Shown piece after piece: positions 1 through 9,852 of a DNA stretch of 14,357 bases (the stretch's first letter is position 1; every line of letters begins with the position of its first letter). Origin of the DNA: Zygophlyctis sp. KS116. Lineage: Eukaryota > Fungi > Chytridiomycota. The notes beneath the pieces were generated by a model. That model searched no databases and was not told where the DNA came from. It saw nothing but the letters and a program-made list of their open reading frames with translations. The translations under genes were made by a program, and so were the position numbers. The stretch covers positions 1 to 14,357 of the forward strand of contig BAAFSQ010000252.1 of the NCBI GenBank assembly GCA_054661495.1. The letters run 5' to 3'.

Positions 1-296
1 AAACCATTAAGGCATTAATGAATGATCCTCGAATAGATCCCTCAGCTCAGAAAAATGAAGCAATAATAAATGCAGCTCACCGTGGGAACGCTAAATGTCT
101 TAATCAATTACTATCAGATAGTAGAGTCGATCCTTCCGATCAGAATAATGAGGCAATTATTCAGGCCACTGCGAATGGACAGTTTGAAGCCGTTCAAATA
201 TTATTGGCTGATCCTAGAGTCGACCCATCGGCCCAGGAAAATCTTGCAATTAATGATTTTCATCATCGCGAGCATGTGGAATGTGTACAGCTATGA
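1..296 (+). CDS. Ankyrin-repeat protein (LLxDPRVDPSxxxNxAI type), 5'-truncated by window edge, C-terminal repeat decayed
   Basis: Frame 3 is open from the window start. It reads TIKALMNDPRIDPSAQKNEAIINAAHRGNAKCLNQLLSDSRVDPSDQNNEAIIQATANGQFEAVQILLADPRVDPSAQENLAI, three ~34-aa ankyrin-like units. After the TGA at 294-296, the next DPRV/DP motif continues in shifted frames. Confidence 0.8.
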   Translation, partial: TIKALMNDPRIDPSAQKNEAIINAAHRGNAKCLNQLLSDSRVDPSDQNNEAIIQATANGQFEAVQILLADPRVDPSAQENLAINDFHHREHVECVQL

Positions 297-581
297 CATC
301 AGATCCAAGGGTATAGATCCTTTGAGCAAGACACTGAAACACTTTATTGAAAGTTTTGAATCAGTCATTTCTTAACGTGTAGAGAAAAATACAATTTTCT
401 TTTATTATTGACTTGCTTTCTTTTGTCCGATGCTTTATTTTTCATGTTTTTTTGACGACATTAAGCAACAGGACACATTCCATAACTGAATCCTAATACT
501 TTGATACGATAGTCCAACCTCTCCAATTCTACAAACACAGATCGGGATTCACTTTAAGAACTGATTGGGTTAGAAATTTAT

Positions 582-1279
582 TTATTTCCTTTTTTTAATA
601 CTTTTTTCTTGGGATGATGAGCTAGAATCAGAGACCGGATTTGCAGGAACAAACCATTTTGCCAATGTCTGACTCACGTCTGGCATTTCTATCGGTTGAG
701 CTGGATTTCCCCTATTTTTTTGAGATTCCTTAAATTCCTTTAAAGCTTCTGGATCCATACTTTCAATTAATTTTGGCATGATAAGCAAAAGTCCCAATGG
801 AATTACAGTCATTAATATCATTGGATTCCCCAAAATACTCCAAATACTAAATTGTTCAGGCTCTTTTTCAAATTCATATACACCTCTAGGACTCAAGACC
901 AATGGAATTTCTAGAGTCGGCCCATCCTTTTCCCATGACACAGCCGAAAAAGCGATCGATGCAGATATTTTCTCTTGCTGATTATCTGGTGCCACATTAA
1001 TTTTAATCTTGATTTAGTTTTAAATGAGCACCTTGTCAAAAAAATAAACATTAGAAGATACTTCAAGTAAATGACTACCAATTGGTATATTTGGACTATA
1101 ATGAATTTACTCCTATAACCTTACAAGTAGAAACCACCATTTTCATTTACATGGGAAATAAATTCGCCGCCATTGACCAAAACTTTAATCTGATTTAGAT
1201 CAACTATCCGAGTATCAATTGTACCAGATAATGAAATGCAGAAAACAATATCAATTAAAGCGAAAACGATCCAAATCAT
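582..1279 (-). CDS. EMC7: ER membrane protein complex subunit 7 (214 aa; introns 1096-1124 and 1008-1031)
   Basis: Spliced product starts with a signal peptide MIWIVFALIDIVFCISLSG. It continues with a beta-sandwich segment (VNENGGFYFPNIPIGSHLLEV..FDKIKINV), then FSIWSILGNPMILMTVIPLGLLLIMPKLIESMDPEALKEF, the EMC7 NPM-TM-MPK-MDPE signature. Two GT-AG introns (29 and 24 nt) restore one frame. Confidence 0.88.
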
Positions 1280-1290
1280 TTATTACGGGC

Positions 1291-2048
1291 CTAGGTCTTT
1301 CCCAGACTTAATGCTCGGTCTCTTGTTGCAATAATCTGAGCTAATAAATCATCATCATCATCATTATTATTAGACATAAATTCATCATGTCTGATCATGT
1401 CTTGAATTTCTTTTGCTTTAATTGCATCTTCCAATTCTTTATCTAAATCTAAAGACTCGTTTAAATTTTGAGCTCCGATTTCTTCAAATGTAGATGTCCC
1501 AGATTCGTAAATATTATTCCTATTGGTTTCTGAAAGAACTGCAGAATGAAAAATCTAAAAAATTTTAATTTTAAAATACATACTCTTGTTCTCTTTTCCT
1601 TGCATATTTTCTCTGTTCTATCTACAAATGATTTAAATTTCAGTTTTGGAAAGAGATTATGTCCCCATAATTGGAAAAATGATAATAATTTTTCTAAATC
1701 TGTCTGTTCATGACCTTTTCCTCTAAATTTGAGTTTTCTAGAGTCTGATAGTAATTTAGGAAGTCCATCGGCAGACAAGAGTTTCTCTGCATCTAATTTA
1801 GCAACAATTCTAGTTTTTCTAATTTTTAGAGGCTCTTGTTTATTTGCATTGGTTGATTTATCATCATCGGATAAGTCAAGAGTCAAGTCTAGTTTAGGCA
1901 ATGAGTCTGTTGGATTAGAGTCTGGCTCTGGACTGTTCATTTCATCATTCATAATTACAGCATCAGGCTCTTGGAAGGTTGGAAGCTAAAAGTCTTAGTA
2001 AAATTAAAGTACAGGAGCAAGTTCATCGTCATCCTCAAAGAAATCCAT
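1291..2048 (-). CDS. CSM3: Replication fork protection complex subunit Swi3/Csm3/Tipin (233 aa; introns 1986-2012 and 1555-1583)
   Basis: Swi3 domain KLDAEKLLSADGLPKL..KLKFRGKGHEQTDLEKLLSFFQLWGHNLFPKLKFKSFVDRTEKIC. Introns of 27 and 29 nt join an acidic N-terminus (MDFFEDDDELAP|LPTFQ) and an acidic C-terminus ending at TAG 1291-1293. Confidence 0.9.
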
Positions 2049-2140
2049 TTATGCAATTGTCGGGGTTCAGCAATTTAATATTAGATCTTATTACTGCTAT
2101 ATGCTCTTATATAACCAATGAGTGTTTTTTATTCGTGATT

Positions 2141-5100
2141 TCAGCTACTAACCGCATATGCTACAAGTCGACATTTAAAGAGTTGATCTACCAACATTGG
2201 AATAAATTCTGATCTGATTTCTAAAGGAACTGTATGAGATATAAAAAAAGATAAACATATTCCACCCATTTCTGATGCAACTACCATGTCCACAGTAACA
2301 GCTCCCATAGCTACAGGAAGGAAAACTGAAGATGTATTGGTTAATCTACCACATTCATTAAATAAGAATGTTTCACTAAATGGAGAAGAGTCAACCTTGA
2401 TATTAATGTCAAGACTATGTTGACTGACTCCACTTATCCTTTCTTCTGGGGCTAAACGATGTTGGATCTTGTCCCTATAGGTTTCTTTAAATATGATTCT
2501 AGAGGTTTGAGATGGTGATATACAAGGGAATTTCATGACATTGCAAAGTTGATGGATTGAAAGACCACTATATCCAGGAATATGAGTAGTTCGCATTTCA
2601 TTAAATCCAGAAATTAACATTGACTGTTTTTTACTACGTTTTTGCCAATATTGATATGTTAAATAACCACTAACAAATGCTATTGCAGATGTTACTATTG
2701 GAATACCTTCAGTCAAAGTGTCAGTAGTCTTTCCAACAAGTACATTTAATACAATACGATCATGAGTGGCTCCATAAGATGACATGAATCGATTACTAAA
2801 TGATGGCTTTTCAAATGGAAAGTTGAAACAATTAAGGTACGAGTATTTGTCCATATTAGGATAGAATTTTAATACTTTGGATTCCATAATTGATAAATCT
2901 ATAGGATGATATACTGGTATATCCTTTCGCTTTGGGTCTTTATAAAATAATTCCAAATGACGGAGTAAAACGCTAGCAAAAAGACTATCTCCAATAGCAT
3001 GTGGCAAGGATATGACCACTTTCATTTCCTTGGAATTATTTCAAATATTTTTACCTCTAGTGAGTATGCTATTGCAAGATTTCCTGTATATTTCTCTAGA
3101 CCTTTATTCTCCATTTTAATCTTAACATCCTCCAACCGGCAAAAATTAATCGAGTCTATAGGAACAAAAAATGGTGCAATACGACATGAAGTGCTAACTG
3201 ATTTGGAGAATTTACCAAAACTCTGAAAAAATTTAATAAGTGGCAGCAGCTGTGAGCATAAAACAGGATGCGCTTCAAAAAGGCGTTCCACGGCGTTATG
3301 CAATCGTATCGGATCAATCCGATCTCTGTAAGGATCAGCAGAGTCTCCTTTTAATAATTTAAATTGAGTAAAAGCATATATACGCACCATATGAACAAGT
3401 TTTTGCCTAAAAAGGTTTACAAACCAGGCCGGATATCTGGAATAGAATGCTATCCCATAGAAAAGGGTCGCTTGATCTGTCAAGCAGTACCTTTGAGTAG
3501 TTGGGTGACTCTCATTCAGCACACTTGGGACATAAGATGCCCTATTAGTATTTTCCATTAACGTAGCAGATTTTGAGTCGATCAGGGAGCTTTTGATCCT
3601 TGCAGCTATTTCTTCCGGGGTTCTAGCGTACTGCATTATATAATTGGGATCAATTTCAACAGTTGGATAAATATTCCGTATCATTGCACACAATCTCGTA
3701 GCATGAATGGAAGACATGCCACATTCAGTAAATAAATCAATTTTTTCTGAGAAAGCAACAATTTCTTGCTGGTCTAGAATAATAGCAGCTCTTTTAAGAA
3801 TTATTGAAGCTATTGACCGTTCATCTTGTGACATAACCTCCTCTGGTAAAACTTGAAGAGAAGAATATACATCTCGTGAAATTAATTTTGGAGATGGAGC
3901 ATTTTTTGATTCTTGAACTAGAATTTCTTTACCATCTCTAGACAAAGCTTTGAAATCAATTTTCCCGTTGCTTGTTACAGGATATTCATCAATTCTAATA
4001 AATTTGATGGGAACTTCATGTGATTCAAGCCTTCGTTTGCATTCCCTTTTTATTTCAGATAATGTTGCATCAATTTTGAGTTTAATATATGCTACTATTG
4101 AATCAAGTCCCTGGTCGTCCTGCTCTACATTTAAAACTACCATCATAATTTGAGGGATCCTTTCCATGACACCTTGTATTTCGAAGAGAACAATACTTCT
4201 TCCCTTGATTTTAACATGGGAAGCTATCATTCTTCCTCTAAATTCAATTTCACCATCTGTATTCCAGCATACCAGATCTCCTGTTCTATATAGTAGAGCT
4301 TTATGCTTCATATTATGTCCTTTTGATGATATTCGATCCCAACCAAAGGTGTCTGGAACAAATGATTCAGCTGTTTCTTGTGGCCTATTTAAATAGCCAG
4401 AGCATACTTGAACTCCTCCAACTAGAAGCTCGCCGATTTCACCCCGACCCACAAGCTGTAACTTTCTTCCTCTAGTTTTTGGATCTACCACATAAAATGC
4501 AGTTCCAGGAAATGGCTTTCCAAGGGAAATGTGAACATGGGATCTGTCAAGAAGATGATCCTTGAAGCTGAATTTTTTCATTGAAACTATAATTGTGGCT
4601 TCTATCGGACCATAGCAGTTAATGACAGTAACGTGCGGAAACAATCGCAGCCATTTTTCTAAAAGCTGTGACGGAATAGAATCTCCTCCACAAAGTACGA
4701 TTTCTAATTTATGGTTTGATTTTGCCAAAGACTCCGCATCTAAAGTAGCTAAGCGTGCCGGAGCACAATGAAAAGTATCAATGCAGTTATCTACCAATAC
4801 TGAGAGAGGATTTTTTGCAAAAGACTTCCAGTGATCTATATAAACTGTGCAACCAGAAGCAAAACCACCAAAATAGTCTGAAACAACCACATCAACAGAA
4901 TGCGAAGCTAGTGTAAGTCTCCTTGAAGAATGTTTTAGATAATCCTCAACTTCACATCTAATAGCATGACAAACAGATTTATGAGATATCAGCACACCTT
5001 TCTTTATATAAGATATAAAAAATTTACCGGCTGACCACTTTTACCACCTGTATACATACAAAATGCTGAATCATCTAAATTTCTGGCCATTTGATAGTCT

Positions 5101-5776
5101 CTTGGTTCTGAAGATGTAATAAAATCTAGCTTCTTCTCTGCATCTAAAACATAAATATTAGCTGGAATAAGATTATTTGCAACATTTTGAGAAAAAAGCT
5201 GAACATATCTATAAAGTTAGTGCACGTTCTCAGAATCAGAAAATTTTCAATCTTCTGACGCTTGACTTTGTGTTTACCTTCCTTGAGTTACAACCATTTT
5301 TACATTTGCATCCTTTATAATAAATCTGATCCTATCTATAGGAGTATTAGAGTCTATTGGCAGAAAAATAAAACCAGCCTTTAAGATTGCAAGCACCACT
5401 TGAGGAAACAAAATCCCTGGATCCAAGAAAACAAGAATGATTTGATGATCATGATCCTTTAAAGTCCTGACCAGGCGCTTTGACAGAGAACCTGATTTAG
5501 CATTTAATTCTTCATAAGTCAATCCGACCATTTGATTTAGATCAAAGACAGCCATGCGATCAGGATAAGTGAGTGCTGTATTTTGAAAGAAGTCCTCCAA
5601 TCTCATCTTCATATCAGGAATAGCAGGCTGTGTATGCCAAGCTTGTAATTGATTTTCCCAAGATCCAATCATATCATCAGTTTCAAAAAAAATCTAGAGA
5701 AAATTTTCTGAATTTCCTGTAAAGAGCTTACTTTTGTATGCTGCAAGATACTTTTTAACGGCTTTAAATGATGCAT
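2141..5776 (-). CDS. Single-module NRPS-like enzyme: adenylation - thiolation - divergent condensation-like domain (~1158 aa; introns 5694-5731, 5209-5277, 5002-5027, 3029-3054). Start uncertain (5776 or 5672)
   Basis: A-domain motifs: LTYEEL (A1), LKAGFIFLPID (A2), AFCMYTGGKSGQP|KG (A3, split by an intron), NCYGPIE (A5), GELLVGGVQVCSGYL (A6), YRTGDL (A7), NGK (A10). Carrier motif DLFTECGMSSIHA at ~3700-3738. C-like motifs IDPIRLHNAVERLFEAHPVL and PHAIGD. ORFs 5274-5672, 3022-4995 and 2141-3025 join in frame through GT-AG introns. Confidence 0.8.
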
Positions 5777-6521
5777 TCATAATCGGCATCAGTTAAAATC
5801 ATTTAGAACTTATTTCTGAGATTCTGATATCTAATTCGCGTTGATCATTAACTCGCACTTAAAAAACCTTCAGGCGCTTACAGTAAAATAAGTAACACGA
5901 TTAAAAATACAACAGACCTGTTGGAGAAGAGAATTGAAGACTAAAATTTAGTCCTTACTTGCATCATCCAAGGTTGTCTATTATCAATTCTTAACGGTAT
6001 CAGACAAGACTTGATCTCACCAGACAAAAACTTGGATTCTGCCGTATAAAAGATCTAATATGTGAAACATTACTTGGAATAGCTAATGTAGGATCCTCAG
6101 TTATTGATTCATAAACACTAGCAGAACATAGATAAGTGTTTGTTGATCTTCTGCTGAAACTGAATTTATTTTCGACATAAGTTTAAACAGTACTTTCGGG
6201 CACTATTGACTTACTTTTGAGTCATTACCATATAAACATTTTTCATCTATTTCCTTAAGAGAAATCGCTTAAAATAAATTCAATTATTTCATACCAACAA
6301 GAAAGAATGTTCCATTTCCCAACTGTGAAGTTATAGTATCCTCTAGTTCGGACAATCGTTAACGTGCTGCATCATCCGATTCAAGTAATGTTCTTGATCT
6401 TTTTCTCACTTTTTTATTGAATAAAAATTATGGAATCGTTGTCGGAAAGATGGACTTGTGGCGAGATCATTACAAATGACAAACATCGTGGCGAGTGGCA
6501 CCGATCGGTTCTTAAAATAAA

Positions 6522-7541
6522 ATGAATAATGCAGCAGGAACAAAACAGCTGCTACAACAATACTATGGGCTTTCTGAAATACATCCAGATCAAAGGGAAA
6601 AGTCCGAATGGATGCCGGAAAACAACTTTGGCTTCTTGCTGGGCATCATTGCCTTTGGAAATGATAAACACATCACTCAACTCCACAGCTTGCTGGAAAA
6701 CAATCAATTCAAAGATCAAGAACAGTCTTTTATTGACTCTATGTTTGACTGGTATATTAGGCCCTTTCACAAGAGCTATAATGACTCATTATGCCACACT
6801 CCCTCTAAAGTCTCTTCAAGGAAATCATCAAGAATCAAATCTGCAGAAGATTTAGAATATGTACCAGAAGGAAATGATCCGGCTCATACGGATCTGAAAG
6901 CAGCTGTGGAAGAGAGGGATGCTGCTTGTTTGTTTTGTTGGGAAATGCGAAACTTAGAGTGTGCTCATATTATAGCTAAAAAGAACATTGCAATTGAGTA
7001 TGATGAATCCCCAATTTTACAACGAGCCGGTCTTATTCATAAACACCAAGTGCAGAATGGATTGCTCTTGTGTAAAAATTGTCACAATCAATATGACTTA
7101 TTGAAACGATATGTGGATGTCGTTGATGAAACGCTTGTGGTCAAGGTGGTCAATAAGTCGAATGATGAAACAAATCTGGATTGGATTGATACTGTTGAAT
7201 CGATCAAAGACATTCGCAAGGGTAAACTGAGGAGATTGCCAGAGTTCAGTGACCGAAATGCAGCAGAAGCCAATGGACAAATTGCCTTGTATTTCGTTGG
7301 AAAGTCCGTTAGTGAACTCCCCGATAAAAATGCATTAGAATTTCACAAGACGGCCTGTCTAATTTGGAGAATGGCAGGTGGCTCTGAACCTGATGAAGAA
7401 TATTGTTCTGATGATGAAGAACAAGGTCCGGTGGATACGGCTGCTTTAAGAAAAAGTTTTAATCTCCCAGCCCAAGATTCATCGACAACTCTAAATCCCG
7501 ACGCGGAAATCGTCACGGACACGACTAATTACAATTATTAA
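6522..7541 (+). CDS. HNH endonuclease (HNH_2 type) protein, Crinkler-effector-like C-terminal nuclease, intronless
   Basis: Motifs RDAACLFC..LECAHII..NGLLLCKNCHNQYD..(D)KNALEFH, followed by WRMAGG and an acidic tail. This matches the treble-clef HNH pattern of CRN-type effectors. Confidence 0.8.
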   Translation: MNNAAGTKQLLQQYYGLSEIHPDQREKSEWMPENNFGFLLGIIAFGNDKHITQLHSLLENNQFKDQEQSFIDSMFDWYIRPFHKSYNDSLCHTPSKVSSRKSSRIKSAEDLEYVPEGNDPAHTDLKAAVEERDAACLFCWEMRNLECAHIIAKKNIAIEYDESPILQRAGLIHKHQVQNGLLLCKNCHNQYDLLKRYVDVVDETLVVKVVNKSNDETNLDWIDTVESIKDIRKGKLRRLPEFSDRNAAEANGQIALYFVGKSVSELPDKNALEFHKTACLIWRMAGGSEPDEEYCSDDEEQGPVDTAALRKSFNLPAQDSSTTLNPDAEIVTDTTNYNY

Positions 7542-7753
7542 CGAAACACTCCAAGATTTAAAATTACTCGAATATTAATATACCTCATTAAATGGACTAT
7601 GAATTATATATTTGAGAATTTGAGCATGCTGTGACTATCCATAGAAACATTGTAGCACATTAATTTATTCAATGCATAAATATCAAGATATAAAAACCGT
7701 TTCAGCTTCAAAGAGCGTTAAAACACAAACCTATTGTAGTAAGATCAGTGCGC

Positions 7754-9002
7754 ATGTTCAAAAGATGTCTTTCTAGCCTCGCAAATCCACTGGCTTCACA
7801 TTTAAAGCAAATGATCAAGTCTACTGGACCTCTATCTATCTCACAATTCATGAGAAATTGCTTAATGCATCCGGTGTATGGATATTACAACAGCAAGACT
7901 GCGATCGGTTCCAAGGGTGATTTTATAACTTCACCGGAAATATCGCAGACATTTGGGGAATTATGTGCTGTCTGGTATTTATTCAATCCGATTTAATTCC
8001 AGGTATTCCCAAATCTTTCCATCGGCCGGCAAATTTCAATTTGTCGAATTGGGGCCCGGAAAGGGAACTTTACTAACAGATATACTCACTACTTGGAAAA
8101 AATTGGGTATTGCTAAAGATGCGATTCATAAGATCCATTTAGTGGAAAGAAGTGGATTGATGAGGGAGGCTCAGGCTGACGCATTGGGTGTTTGCAAAGT
8201 AAAGGACAATGATGTGGAATGGGGACTATCAAAAAAGTTTAACGTAAATATATTTTGGCATGATGAATTAAAGAGTGTTCCTAAAGGTAGACTTTTAAAA
8301 TTTTAATAATCTAGATCAATACACATTATTCATGGCGCATGAGTTTTTTGATGCATTACCTTGCTACAAATTTCAAAAGACTGAAAAAGGATGGAGAGAA
8401 GTTATGGTTGATATAGATGAATCAGAGTAATTTTTCTATTTTAATCTTTAAGAGGTCAGGATTTTAGATTTGTTCTTTCATCAAATCCTACAGATGCATC
8501 TGCTTTATTGACTCAAGGATCTAAATTTAAGAGTCTTAAAGTTGGTGAACGGATAGAAATATCTTATGAATCATGGAGATTAGCAAAAGAATTAAATAAT
8601 TTATTATTAAATTCTAAAGGTGGTGGACTTGTGATTGATTATGGAAAAAATGATTATTCATCAGATAGTCTTCGTGCTATTGGTGATCACAAATTTAAAG
8701 AATTATTTGACAATGTTGGGAATGTTGATCTAAGTGTTGATGTAGATTTTTCATTATTATCTGATGCATTTCAAGATTTAAATACTTTTGGACCAATTCC
8801 TCAAAGAGAATTTCTATTATCAATGGGAATTGAATCAAGACTTGAATCCCTTGTAAAGTGTAATCCTACTCTCTCCGATGAAATCACTAAATCTGTGCAT
8901 AGACTTATTGGAACTGATTCAAATTCAATGGGATTAGCATACAAGGTATTTGCAGTCAACAGCAAAAACCAGACGACACCTTGGCCATTTCAAAAAAAAT
9001 AA
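7754..9002 (+). CDS. NDUFAF7: Mitochondrial complex I assembly arginine methyltransferase NDUFAF7/MidA (388 aa; introns 7975-8002, 8287-8314, 8427-8452)
   Basis: Motifs [86 protein letters not shown] and MGLAYKV. N-terminus resembles a mitochondrial presequence. Introns of 28, 28 and 26 nt restore the frame. Confidence 0.95.
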
Positions 9003-9038
9003 TAAACATTTTGTCTTATAATTCCTGTATTAGTACTT

Positions 9039-9681
9039 TTAACGATATCTTTTAAGAGATAAAGTATTTCTTCTAAGCCAGTTAGCATAGCGTCCACCAC
9101 CACTGACTTTATTATGAAGATGTCCCTTTCCAATTCCACGATTCTTCTTTCCTTCAGAAGTAAGACCTCTCATTTCTCTGTGTTTATGGACTGCATCACA
9201 GATCCAATTCATACGAGGATCTCTTCTAATAGCCTTGTGTGAAGGATCAACACCAATGACTTCAAAGAACTTGTAAGTAGCATCTTGAGATACCCAGTAA
9301 GAATTAAGGATTCTAAGATTGGGGCATCTACGACCAACTCTTTCTTCTGCAACTGACTGGGCAGATCTCTGAAATTTGAGTTGAGTCACACCTTGATTGA
9401 CAGGTTTTCCATAAGTAGCACCTTTTGGAGCCATTCTCTTTCTGTTTCCTCTTCGGACTCTGATTCTGTAAATGACGAATCCTTGTTTGGCCTTGTATCC
9501 CAATCGTCGAGCCTTGTCTGGTCTGGAAGGACGAGAGGCTCGGTGAACAACACTCAATTGACGATATTCCCAACATCTGACTCTAAGAAGGAATCGTAAA
9601 ACATCAGATTGCTTCTTTTTGAATAATTCTTCAAGATACTATGATTAATGATAATATAGAAAATACTTTATAAGCTCCCAT
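9039..9681 (-). CDS. RPL15: 60S ribosomal protein L15 (eL15), 204 aa; intron 9639-9666
   Basis: MGAYK|[53 protein letters not shown]...LSLKRYR. Removing the 28-nt GT-AG intron gives the canonical 204-aa length. Confidence 0.99.
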
Positions 9682-9783
9682 TTGATTTTTTTATGTTTGA
9701 CCTTTGCACTCTGCGCAGTAAGTCCATCTATCAGACCTTGAAAGTTTATAGGGGAAGTGGCTTCCAAGAGAATTCTCTTGTAT

Positions 9784-9838
9784 AAAAATTATATGGAAAA
9801 TTTATATGAAAAATTATATGAAAATTTATATGAAAATT
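9784..9838. repeat. Tandem 12-bp AT-rich repeat AAAA(A/T)TTATATG, ~4.5 copies
   Basis: Units at 9784-9795, 9797-9808, 9809-9820 and 9821-9832, plus a partial copy at 9833-9838. The A and T variants alternate. Confidence 0.9.
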
Positions 9839-9852
9839 AAAAAACTTTAAAA

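Noticed and set aside
3022-3025. ATGA stop/start overlap between ORFs 3022-4995 and 2141-3025, suggesting bacterial-style translational coupling
   Set aside because: A 26-nt GT-AG intron (3029-3054) joins them in frame and completes one condensation-like domain.
5790-6429. Possible degraded gene or transposon end in the long intergenic region
   Set aside because: I could not identify a convincing ORF, terminal inverted repeat or target-site duplication by eye.
778-9599. Short ORF-track entries overlapping identified genes (for example 778-981, 1729-1989, 3950-4153, 4166-4396, 6529-6855, 7088-7273, 9328-9576, 9381-9599)
   Set aside because: They are antisense or alternate-frame shadows with no recognisable motifs.
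9784-9838. CRISPR-like or telomeric interpretation of the tandem repeat
   Set aside because: There are no spacers, the unit is a 12-bp AT-rich sequence, and it sits internally between two genes.
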